Source: Chiloscyllium plagiosum (lineage: Eukaryota). Taken from it: 20,000 bases of DNA. The stretch spans positions 3,665,870 through 3,685,869 of the forward strand of contig NC_057757.1 in the NCBI RefSeq assembly GCF_004010195.1, read 5' to 3'. Positions 9,544 to 19,729 of this stretch are shown piece after piece (within the stretch, counting starts at the first letter, position 1; the number at the start of each line of letters is the position of its first letter). The notes under the pieces were generated by a model. The model was not told the origin of the DNA. It saw nothing but the letters and a program-made list of their open reading frames with translations, and searched no databases. The position numbers and the translations under genes are program-made.

Positions 9544-9642
9544 ATATTTATTCACGAAGCAACATTGTTTGAGTTCAGAGTGAAATTCAGAAATGCAGTA
9601 AAATCTCTAGTTACATGAATTCCTCACATTGTGCATAAATAA
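9544..9642 (+). pseudogene. Decayed fragment of a GPR139-like gene 3' end (TM7/helix 8/C-tail)
   Basis: IFIHEATLFEFRVKFRNAVKSLVT*IPHIVHK* aligns without gaps to TFIYAATLSQFRAKISNAVKYLVTRIPCVVNK* (8600-8698), 77/99 nt identical by hand count. CGA>TGA premature stop at 9616-9618. Confidence 0.85.
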
Positions 9643-9937
9643 AATGTATATATGATAACAAATGGCTGGGCTTGCTATTTGTTCAGCATCAAGCTGCTGA
9701 ATTCCAGTGGGCTGCTTACTCCGATGCAGCCCCAAATAGAAATTTCTTGCCATAGTCAATATCGTGGAATGAAGTCCCTTGTGTCGAAAGTGACACAATG
9801 CCACCCTCTGCTGGCCACCCCAGGCCACTGTATGAGGGATTGGGCGAAAGAAGGAGGAAATTATCAAAGCTTCAGTGAGAGAGGGATAGAGGAAGGGCAG
9901 CAGCTCACAGCACCATCCAAACTGTCAGCACCATCAA

Positions 9938-9970
9938 CACACACACACTCACACACACACACACACTCAC
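9938..9970 (+). repeat. Interrupted (CA)n microsatellite
   Basis: cacacacacactcacacacacacacacactcac. Confidence 0.9.
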
Positions 9971-10694
9971 AAGGTTGGTGAGGAAAAGGTTTCAATTGGA
10001 CTGAGGCCCATCAACGTGGAATATGGTCGTGGAGAAATGGTTTGCTTCTCTGCAATGTGGAAATGATTTGTCTTTGAGCAGTATTCCTGACATTAGTCAC
10101 ATTCAATAGAGTGTTTTCCACTGCAATTGTATCCAGGCACCTCTGAGTGAACCATTCCGTGAGGAGACAGGGAGAATTTAGTTGCATTTTCTGCAGCTCA
10201 CAATGATTTCTGCTGTACTCTCACAAATTCTAGTGAGAAAGGATTCAGAGATGGAGGGGATGAGACCAGCACTGGGCACGTCCATCTCCTTCACCTCATA
10301 TCTCAGGGACAACATCACAAGGGACGGGTAAAACTGCTCTGTGTCTCCATTGTCATTCTTAGTAGAATGAAACTAATGTGCAATGTGAGAAACTCACAGA
10401 CTAATATTTTGTCCAAAACAAAACCTGCTTCTTGTGCAGTTGCGCAGATAGCCCAGCAAAGGGTAGCATTATATCGTGGAAAAAGAGAGAGGGAGGAGGA
10501 ATCCATCCCATAAACCAACAAAGACCCCATTGGACAGGCACAGACACAGAGATACCCACAAACATAAAGACACACCAATACATTCTCAGGCTGAAGCAAA
10601 CCCCAGGAGCAGGGTTTGTCCCTCATGGAGGTGAGGGAGTGTGAGAAACCATTGAGAGAGAGGGGGAGAGCTGGGATCAACTGAAATATTCACT

Positions 10695-10918
10695 ACCCTC
10701 CAGTCTGTCCCTGTCTTAAATTCTGTTCGTCTCTGTCTGACATTTCCCCTTCTCTCTCCCTCAATCCCTGTCCTTCTCTCCCTCTTCCCTCGTCCCCATC
10801 CCTATCCTCTACTGGTCTCCACCCTCATCCTTGTTTGCATCCTTCTCTCCCTCTCTCCTCCCTGTCGCTGTTTTTCTCTCTCTCTCTCATCTCCCCGTCC
10901 CCGAGCCCGTCTCTCTCA
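10695..10918 (+). repeat. CT-rich polypyrimidine low-complexity tract
   Basis: About 220 nt dominated by C and T (ctctctccctc..., ccctgtcc...). Confidence 0.8.
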
Positions 10919-10939
10919 TGTTATGTGCAGATCTCCAAA

Positions 10940-13450
10940 GAGCAGACAGAAACTGGAGCACAAGATAAACCAGGAGATAGAATAGATGGGTAGGAGAGGC
11001 AAAGTTACAGTGATCATGGGGGATTTCAATATGCAGGTGGACTGGGAAAGTCAGGTTGGGAGTGGATTGTGAGAAAAAGAATTTGTGGCAAGTCTGCGAG
11101 GTGGTTTTATGGAGCAGCTTGTGGTGGGGCCCACTAGGAAACAGCCAGTACTGGATTTAGTGTTGTGCAATGAGGCAGATTGATAAGGGAGCTTAAGGTG
11201 AAGGAACCCTTGGGAGGCAGTGACCATAAGATGATCGACTTTACTCTGCAATTTGAGAGGGAGAAGATAGAACCAGAGGTAACAGTGTTACAGCTGAGTG
11301 AAGGCAACTGCAGAGGCACGAGTGAAGAGCTGGGTCGAACTGACTGGGAGAGGAGCCCAGCAGGAAAGGCAGTGGGACAGAAATGGCAGGAGATTCTGGG
11401 AGTAATTCAGGAGACACAACAGAGATTCATCCCAAGGGGAAAGAAGCACACTACAGGGAGGATGAGACAACCAGCTGACTAGGGAAGTCAGGGACAGCAT
11501 AACAACAAAAGAGAAAGCATGTAATGTGGCGAAGAGCAGTGGGAAACACAGAGGGTTGGGAAGCTTACACAGAACAACAGAGGGCAACAAGAAAAGAAAT
11601 AAGGAGGGAGAAGATTAAATATGAGGGTCAGCTAGCCAGTAATATACAAGAAGATTGTAAGAGCTTCTTTAGATATATACAGAGTGAAAGAGAGGCAAAA
11701 GTGGACATTGGGCCACTGGAAATTGCCCCTGGAGAGATAGGAGTGGGGAACAAGGAAATGGCTGAGAAACTGAATAATTACTTTGTGTCAGTCTTCACGG
11801 TGGAAGACACGAGTAATATCCCAGACATTCAAGAGAGTGAGGGGGCAGAGCTGAGTATGGTGACCATCACCAAGGAGAAGATGCAAGAAAAATTGAATGA
11901 CCTGAAGGTAGATAAATCACCTGGACCAAATGGACTACTCCCCAGAGTTCTAATGGAGATAGCTGAAGAGATAGCGGAGGCGTTAATGGTAATCTTTCAG
12001 GAATCACTACAATCAGGAAGAGTTCCAGAGGGCTGGAAAATCGCTAACGTGACACCCCTGTTTAAAAAGGGAGTAAGGCAAAAGATGGAAAATTAAAGAC
12101 TGATTAGCCTAATGTTGTTCCTGTGTAAGATATTGCAAACTATTGTGAAGAATGAGATTTCTGAACACTAAGAAGTGTATGGTAAGATAGGGCAAAGTCA
12201 GCATGGTTCATCATGGAGAGGTCATGCCTAACAATGCTGCTAGAATTCTTTGAGGAAGTAATGAGCAGGTTAGACCAAGGAGAGCCAATGGATGTTATCC
12301 ATCTGGACTTCAAGAAGGCCTTTGACGAGGTGCTGCAGAGGAGGCTATTGAGTAAGATAAGGGACCCATGGTGTTAGAGGCAAGGTGCTAGCATGGATTG
12401 AAACTTGGCTGTCTGGCAGAAAGCAGAGAGTGGGTTAAAAGGGTCCTTCTCAGGATGGCAGCTGGTGAGAAGTGGTGTACCACAAAGCTCAGTGTTGGGA
12501 CCACAACTTTTCACTTTATACATTAACGATCTGGATGAAGGAACTAAGGGCAATCTGACAAAGTTTGCAGATGATACAAAGGTAGGTAGAGGGACAGGTA
12601 CCATTGAGGAGGTCGGGAGACTGCAGAAGGATTTGGACAGGTTAGGAGTGTGGGCAAAGAAGTGGAAGATGGAGTACAAGCTGGGAAAGTGTGAGGTCAT
12701 GCACATTTGGGAGGAAGAATAGAGGCATGGACTATTTTCTAAATGGGGAGAAGATTCAGAAATCTGAAGTGTAAAGAGACTTGAGAATTCTAGTCCAGGA
12801 TTCTCTCAAGGTAAACTTGCAGCTTGAGTCTGTAGTTTGGAAGGCAAATGCAATGATGGCAGTGATTTTGAAAGCCTTGAATATAAAAGCAGGGATGTAT
12901 TTCTGAGGCTCTATCAGGTTCTGGTCAGAACACATTTGGAAGATGGTGCAGTTTTGGGCCCCAAATCTCAGGAAGGATGTATTGGCCCTGGATGGTATTC
13001 AGAGTAGGTTCACAAGAACAATCCCAGCAATGAAAAGCTTAACATGTGTGGAACATCTGAAGGTTCTGGGTTTATACTTGATGAAGTTTAGAAGGAAGAG
13101 AGATCTAATTGCAACTTACAGAATCCTGAACGGCGTGGACAGAAAAGATGTTTGGAAGATGTTTCCATTGGTAAGAGAGACTAGGACCCAAGGGAGGAGC
13201 TTTTAGTATGGAGATAAGGAGAAGCTTCTTCAGCCAGAGAGTGGGAAATCTATGGAATTCATTGCCATTGAAGGCTGTGGAGACCAGCTCATTGAGTATA
13301 TTTAAGACAGAGATAGATAGGTTCTTGAGTATCAAAGGGATCAAGGGTTAAGGGGAGAAAGCGGGAGAATGGGGTTGAGAAACCTATCAGCACTGATTGA
13401 ATGGTGGTGCAGACTCAATGGGCTGAACGGCCTAACTTATGCTCCAAAGA
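10940..13450 (+). mobile_element. CR1-type LINE, 5'-truncated and decayed ORF2 (APE C-terminus + RT) with 3' tail
   Basis: IMGDFN (about 11013), LDLVL, LGGSDH, KSPGPNGL.PRVL, WKIANVTPLFKKG, LDF.KAFD, SGVPQSSVLGPQLF, KFADDTK (about 12560) and the tail ctcaatgggctgaacggcct. Many stops and frameshifts. Confidence 0.95.
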
Positions 13451-13454
13451 CTTA

Positions 13455-13955
13455 TTCACACCCTCCGCCATTGTTACACAGTAGCAGCAATTTGCATCAT
13501 CTCTCAGATGCACAGTAAAAATGGCACCAAAGATCCTTAGACAGCAGCTTCCAAACCAACAACCTCTACCATCTAGAAGGACAAGAGCAACAGATACATG
13601 AGAACACCAACACGTGCACATTCACCTCAAAGCCACTCACCATCCTGACTTGTAAATATATCGCCGGTCCTTCAGTGTCACTGGGTCAGAATCCTGGAAC
13701 TCCCTCCCGAACAGCATAGTGGATCTGCTTACACCACACGGACTGCAGCGGTTCAAGAAGGCAGCTCACCCCCACACTTTATGAAGGAGCAACTGTGAAC
13801 AGGACCAGCGATGACCACGCCCGTGTGTGAATAACACAAAGTGCATGCAGGTAAATGCAGAAATAGCAGTGAATCTGATCAGCACACCGTCATTTTTATT
13901 GGGTATGTTAGGATGGGCTATAAATGCGGTTTTAGTTAGAGGTCCCCACATCCCA
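13455..13955 (+). mobile_element. Non-LTR retrotransposon 3' fragment (CR1/L2-type)
   Basis: Homologous in opposite orientation to 8770-9200; WNSLP coding remnant (tcctggaactccctccc). Confidence 0.7.
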
Positions 13956-14129
13956 CATATAGTAAAAATAACTGAGATTGACAGTAGAATTTAGAATAAG
14001 GAACATCATAAAAAGTTGAAATCGAAATTGAACATCAGGTTAATAGTAGTGTCAAAGAATAGATAATGATAATGGATTGTCAGCTAATGTAAAAATTTGG
14101 TTGTTATACAACTTGGGTAATGGTAATAA

Positions 14130-14696
14130 GATATAAGATTATATCCCAAAACAGCAAATGCATATAGCACACACCTAGCTGAGGTAATAAAAGAGAAATT
14201 AAGACCTGTTTTCTGGGGAATGAATAGGATGGCACAGACACAGTGACGGCTGTGGGAGCAGAGACCCTGTGTATATTTAAGACTGAGAGATAGATCTTTG
14301 TCAGAGCAATTTACTGCAGATGCTGGAATCTGTACCGAAAGCAAAAAATGCTGGAAATCACAGTGGGTCAGGCAGCATCCATGGAGAGAGGGCAAGCTAA
14401 AGCTTTGAGTGCATTTCCATCAAAGATAGATCCTTGATCAGTTGGGGAATCAATGATTTCAAGGAAAAGGAGGGAAAATGAACATGAGGGATGTTGGATC
14501 AGCCATGTTCCTATTGAATAGCGGAACAGGCTGGAGGGGTCAAATAAATGGTAGGTCCTAGGGGAGTACTGAGGAACAAAGGGAGCTTGGTGTACAAGTT
14601 CATCGATCCTTGAAGCTGTTAGCACAGGTAGACAGGATAGTTGAGAAGGTATATGGGATGCTAGTCTTCATTAGCCAAGGAGTAGAATATAGAATG
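14130..14696 (+). mobile_element. Old CR1 fragments, split by a pLTR unit
   Basis: CR1 3' end (gatcagccatgttcctattgaatagcggaacaggctggaggggtcaaat) plus a second ORF2 piece (gaggaacaaagggagcttggtgtacaagttcat). Confidence 0.65.
14305..14423 (-). mobile_element. Short Penelope pLTR unit with an approximately 17-bp degenerate TSD
   Basis: actgcagatgctggaatctg..aaatgctggaaatcacagtgggtcaggcagcatcc, flanked by agatagatctttgtcag (14288-14304) and agatagatccttgatcag (14424-14441). Confidence 0.75.
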
Positions 14697-14989
14697 CAGA
14701 ATCTGAGTGTATCTCAGAGTGTTACTGTCTTATAAATTAGGTCTTGCTGAGGAAATGGAGACCATCACATATTCAGGTGGATGGGAAATGGGCAGAAGAC
14801 CATCAAGTTGTAATACTGGTGGGTTATAGAAAGGAGATGTAGTGGTAGCAGGTCAATTACCAGTAGGAGGTCATTTGGGAGCAAGGGAAACTCAAGCCAA
14901 AATACAAAACCATTTTCATCGAACTGAACAGCATCATGATGTGGTTGAATTTTGCCAAACCTGGTTCATGCACAATGTGTGTCTTATAG

Positions 14990-15251
14990 GGATGGCACGG
15001 GGGCTAGCACTGCTGCCTCACAGTATCAGGGTCCCAGGTTCGATTCTAGCCTTTGGCGACTGTCTGTGTGGAGTTTGCACATTCGTGCCATGTCTGCGTG
15101 GGTTTCCTCCCACAGTCCAAAGATGTGCAGGTCAGGTAAATGTTAGGTGCATTAGTCAGAGGGAAATGGGTCTGGGTGGGTTACTCTTTGGAGGATTGGT
15201 GTGGATTTGTTGGGCCGAAGGACCTGTTTCCACACTGTAGAGAATCTAATC
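14990..15251 (+). mobile_element. HE1-type tRNA-derived SINE inserted in the integrase zinc finger
   Basis: Head gggatggcacgg..agcactgctgcctcacag, B box ggttcgattc and tail cctgtttccacactgtagagaatctaatc. Removing 14961-15251 restores FCQTCHTCQV. Confidence 0.9.
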
Positions 15252-16489
15252 ATGTCATACATGTCAGGTAACTGGAAAACCTCAGGCAGTGATAAAACCA
15301 GTACCTTTAATACCCATTACTGCATTTGACGACTTTTATGCAAGGGTCTTAATTGATTGTGGAAGACTCCTATCTAAAACAGAAAGTGGGAATAAGTATT
15401 TGTCGACCATAATGGATGCATGCACTAGATTTTCAGAGGCCATCCTATTGCATAGTATCATGGCTAAAATGATTAGAGAAGAGTTAATCAAGCATTTTAC
15501 TAGGTACGGACTACACTCAGAAATACAATCACATGATGTGTCAAATTTTCATCAAAATTATTCAAGGAAGTTCTGAATGGTTTAGGAACAATAGAATTCA
15601 AATCCAGAAATGCAGGGAGGTTTAGAAGACAACATCAAACTTTAACAACCTTGTTAAGTGCTCAGAGTCGAGACTGTCCAGAGGATTGGGATAAAGGAAT
15701 TCCAATTGTACATTTGCAAATGGGATGTACCAAATGAATGTACCAAATTCAGTCCAGATGTATCAGTTTTTGAGCATGAGATGAGAGGACCACTGAAATT
15801 AATTAAGGAGAAGTTGTTGAATCAGAGCTCGAAGACCCCATATTCGGATTATACGCCAAATTTTAAGAATAGATTAAATAAAGTGGATGAGCTTGCTGGA
15901 TGCCATTTCAAAGTACCACAGCATGTGATGAAGCAAGAAGCAGACAGGAAATCAAAGATTAGCAATTTTGCTCATGGAGATAAAGTGTGTATTGCTTCCA
16001 GTAACAGATTAACCTTTACCAGCCAGATTTAGTGAAACTTATCAAATCGGAAGGAAATTGAATGAGGTGAATTACTTAGCAAGACTGACAGACAGAAAGA
16101 AATCTCACAGATTGCATCATGTGAATACGCTCAAAAGGTATTCAGATAGGGAAGGAATGAAAACAGAGAATGTGTACTGTTTACAATACAGAGTGGGGAA
16201 CCAATTTCAGAGGATTCGGAATTGGACATTTTTTCAAATTAAATTGCATAATGAATTGGTTCACAAACATTGAGAAGAATTATTGAGCTGGTGGCTTTTA
16301 GACACATGCGGCAGCATCAATTGGAATTGTTCGATGAACTTCGGGAAGCAGACTTGGTGATAAACCTGGAGCTCGCAAAAGCCCCAGTCACATTCCTGGG
16401 CCATGTTATTGGACATGGTCAGATGGCTCGATGGGATTTGGAAACAAAGGTTATTAAGGAGTTTCCCACACCATCGATGATGAGGGCAG

Positions 16490-16793
16490 TAGATTAGATT
16501 AGATTACTTTAGAGTGTGGAAACAGGCCCTTCGGTCCAACAAGTCCACACCGACCCGCCGAAGCGTAACCCACCCATACCCCTACATTTACCCCTTACCT
16601 AACACTACGGGCAATTTAGCATGGCCAATTCATCTTTGGACTGTGGGAGGAAACCGGAGCACCCGGAGGAAACCCACGCAGACACGGGAAGAACGTGCAA
16701 ACTCCACACAGTCAGTCGCCTGAGGCGGGAATTGAACCCGGGTCTCTGGCGCTGTAAGGCAGCAGTGCTAACCACTGTGCCACCGTGCCGCCC
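16490..16793 (-). mobile_element. Full-length HE1-type tRNA-derived SINE
   Basis: Minus strand GGGCGGCACGGTGGCACAGTGGTTAGCACTGCTGCC with A box TGGCACAGTGG, B box GGTTCAATTCC, the central body and an (AATCT)n tail. Confidence 0.95.
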
Positions 16794-17394
16794 ACGAACA
16801 AACCATACTGAAAGGACTGTAATAGTGATGTTTTGCATGCTTAGAGTCAATGTAATGTATCTGCATTTTAGTACTGTGATTCTTGGGTTCAAATGGGTTT
16901 TAGTTAAATCTCATTCTGAATTGTAGCCTTGGGGTTGCTCCACTGAATGAAATATTTAAGAAGTGTGAAAGTTTCTGTGCACAGCGAACTTATAGAAGGC
17001 ATTTGACAGCCCGAACACTGTGTTAACCACTGCCCCAGTGTTAGCCACACCTAATTACACCAAGGTGGCTCTTAGTGAGAGTGAGGTGGCTGTACACTTA
17101 TAAGAAAATGACGAGAAGATAAAAAAGATTTGTTGATTATTTTTCCAGAAAATTGAATAATAAGCAACAGAAATATTTCCACAATTGAGAAGGAGACATT
17201 GAGTTTGGTGTTGGCATTGCAACATTTCAACATTTATATTGCCAGTTTCTGAGACAAATGTATATAATGATCATAAACCATTAAAGATTTCAGGAAAATT
17301 TTAGGATAAAAACTCCAGACTATTTAGATGAAGCTTATTACATCAACATCAAATTTTAAAATTATATACATGGGAAGACGAGAAGACATAAGAC

Positions 17395-17468
17395 ATGGGC
17401 GGCACGGTGGCACAGTTTATGGGCGGCACGGTGGCACAGTGGTTAGCACTGCTGTAATCTAATCTAAT
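17395..17468 (+). mobile_element. Internally deleted HE1 SINE (duplicated head joined to tail)
   Basis: atgggcggcacggtggcacagt occurs twice, then ggttagcactgctg|taatctaatctaat. Confidence 0.8.
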
Positions 17469-17690
17469 AACTGCTGTTGTGTTGCCGTGACTTTGATGAA
17501 GGAAGATTGAGGCATTCAATTGTGGAACAAACCACACTGAAAGGACTGTAATAGTGATGTTTTACATGCTTAGAGTCAATGTAATGTATCTGCATTTTAG
17601 TGTACTCATTGCATGAGACTTTTAAAGGCTTTTTAAAAATGAAGCCATCTTTGTATACTGATGGTTTGTGTTTTATAAAGGATGGAAAGG

Positions 17691-18362
17691 TGATGATACG
17701 GTGGCTTTAAGATGTGCATTTTGTCCTTTTTTTGTGAAGAATGGTTTAGACAGAAGCGCCAGTGGTCTGCTTAAAGCCAATAAAGAAAACAGCTTGTGAA
17801 GCCTTGAGTTTTCTTTAAATATGGAACAATAGAAGCAGCCTGAATGGGTGGAGTCAAGCTCTCACCAAACCAGGATTTTCTAGTTTTAGCTTTCTGCAGT
17901 TGCTGGGGTCTTGAAGCTGGATGTGGAAGCTTTCTGCAATTGCTGGGGTCTTGAAGCTGGATGTGGGAGCTTTTATTCCTCTCTCAGTTACACTAACAGG
18001 GGTTCTCTTCCTGCTGCTAGAATTGTATGCGAGACAATCTGTTTTTCTGAAGTTGCCTTTGCCAAGGGTGTGTTCATGCGACGTTACTTTCTTGAAACTA
18101 GTGATTAGGAGAAGCTAATTTATATTATATTTTGTTAAGTATTTTGATAGAGTTACAATGAATCAAATTCTGTTATTTTTAAATTGTCTATATTTTAACT
18201 GTATCGTAAAAATAAAGTTTGTTTTGCTCAAAGTCAAATATTTTGACTGATTGAATTGCATCTGGAATGCAATGCCTTACACTTACTTTTAAAATAAGAA
18301 ACCGTTTAAGTCTGTCTTATCTTCATAACATATTTTGAGGGGGTTTGATCTGGTCCATAGCA
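17691..18362 (+). repeat. Probable 3' LTR of the Gypsy element
   Basis: Begins TG directly after the purine tract aaaggatggaaagg, has AATAAA at 18211 and ends ..ccatagCA. No second LTR is in the window to confirm the boundaries. Confidence 0.6.
17888..17973 (+). repeat. 40-bp tandem duplication inside the LTR
   Basis: agctttctgcagttgctggggtcttgaagctggatgtgga occurs twice with 2 mismatches. Confidence 0.92.
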
Positions 18363-18399
18363 CAGGATCTGGCCACAGTTGACTGGGAATAGCTCCTTG

Positions 18400-19728
18400 T
18401 GAGTAAGTCTCCAGCAGAGCAATTGGTATTTGAGGGGGGGGGGGGGGTTGTCATTCAAAAAGGAGCTGGGGAGAGTACAGGTCCAACGTTAGGGAAAATG
18501 CAAGACCAATAAGCTCAGAGAACTCTCGATGTCTGGAACAAATCAGGATTAAGTCTTTTAGCAAGTGCAAAGGATGCAATTCATTTGTGGCACGAAAGAA
18601 AACTATAGAAAGTGCAAGAGAGAACTTAAGAAAACAATCAGAAGAGCAAAAAGGGGGCATGAGAAAGGATTTGTAAACAGGATTAGGGAAAATTTGAAGA
18701 TATTTTATAAATTCATAAATTAGAAGAGGTTAACCAGGGAAAGATAGGGCAGATTAGGGACCAAGAGGGCAATCTGTGTGTGAAGCCGCTGGGCATTGGA
18801 AGGGTTTTAAAATATTCACTTCAGACTTCATTTTAGAAAAGAACATATGTATGGAATTCAGGAAAAGGGACTGTGAGGAACTTGCACAGTTTGCCATAGG
18901 AAATGGGGTGGTATTGGAGGCTCCGTCAGGTTTGAAAATGGACAAATCCCCTGGCCTGGATGTATCCCAGGTTGCTGTGGGAGATGAGGAAGGAAATCAC
19001 AGGGGCTGTGACACATAGTTTTGATTCGTCTCTGGGCACGGGATGGGGGAGGGGAGCGGGGGTGGTATAGTGCCAGAGTACTGGAGGATGGTCAATGTGG
19101 TTCCACGTTTTTAAGAAGACTGATAGCGATGAACCAGGAAATTACAGACCGATGAGTCACATCTCAGTGACAGGGAAACCATTGGAGAAAAATCTGAAGA
19201 AAGGAATTAGTGTCCAGTTGGAAAGGCTTGTGTTAAATAGGGTTAGTTAGTATGGTTTTCTCAGAGGGAAGTGAAGCAGAACAGATTTGTTACAATGTTT
19301 TGAAAATGTGATCAAATGTGTGAATGAGGGAAGTTCAGCTGGTGTAGTTAAAATGGATTTTCGCAAAATCTTTGACAAGGTTCCACATGGCAGACTGATT
19401 GAGAAGGTTAAACACATGGAGTAGTGAGCAAAATTAGGGCGCATGGTATTGGGGGCAAAGTACTAACTTGGATTGATAGTTGGTTGGCTGATAAGAAACA
19501 AAGAGTAGTGATAAACGGCTCCATTTCGGAATGGCAGGCAGTGACTAGTGGGGTACCGCAGGGATCAGGACTGGGACCGCAGCTTTTTACAATATATATT
19601 AATGATATAGAAGATGGTATTAGTAATAACATTAGCAAATTTGCTGATGATACTGAGCTGGGTGGCAGGGTGAAATGTGAGGAGGATGTTAGGAGATTAC
19701 AGGGTGACCTGGACAGGTTAGGTGAGTG
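18400..19728 (+). mobile_element. CR1-type LINE RT remnants, two joined segments (decayed about 18400-19420; cleaner 19421-19728)
   Basis: KMDKSPGLD, PGNYRP, MDFRKIFDKVPH; then KIRAHGIGGKVLTWIDSWL..SGVPQGSGLGPQLFTIYINDI..KFADDT. Confidence 0.9.
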
Positions 19729-19729
19729 C

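Larger units (their letters stand above)
14697..18362 (+). mobile_element. Decayed Ty3/Gypsy LTR retrotransposon, Gmr1-like domain order (INT-RT-RNase H), 5'-truncated, with a probable 3' LTR
   Basis: Integrase zinc finger GGHLG..FCQT|CHTCQV (split by a SINE) and core RVLIDC..SGNKYLSTIMDACTRFSEAI (15289-15576). RT thumb LFDELREADLVINL..VTFLGHVIG (about 16290-16490). RNase H TAPVLATPNY..YFSRKLN..TIEKETLSLVLALQHF..DHKPL (about 17025-17380). PPT at 17677-17690. Confidence 0.88.

Noticed and set aside
9650..10690. Short ORFs in unique sequence (9652-9981, 10315-10680)
   Set aside because: No recognisable motifs or splice structure, and partly microsatellite-derived; could not be supported as coding.
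11524..13206. Functional reverse transcriptase gene
   Set aside because: Fragmented by several stops and frameshifts; a dead CR1 copy.
8770..13955. Large inverted repeat suggesting a composite transposon
   Set aside because: These are two diverged, independently inserted copies of a common retroelement 3' end, with no TSD or shared termini.
15289..16032. Domesticated integrase gene
   Set aside because: Frameshifts, stops and a SINE in the zinc finger indicate neutral decay.
16720..16793. tRNA gene
   Set aside because: The A and B boxes belong to the tRNA-derived head of a SINE that continues into body and tail.
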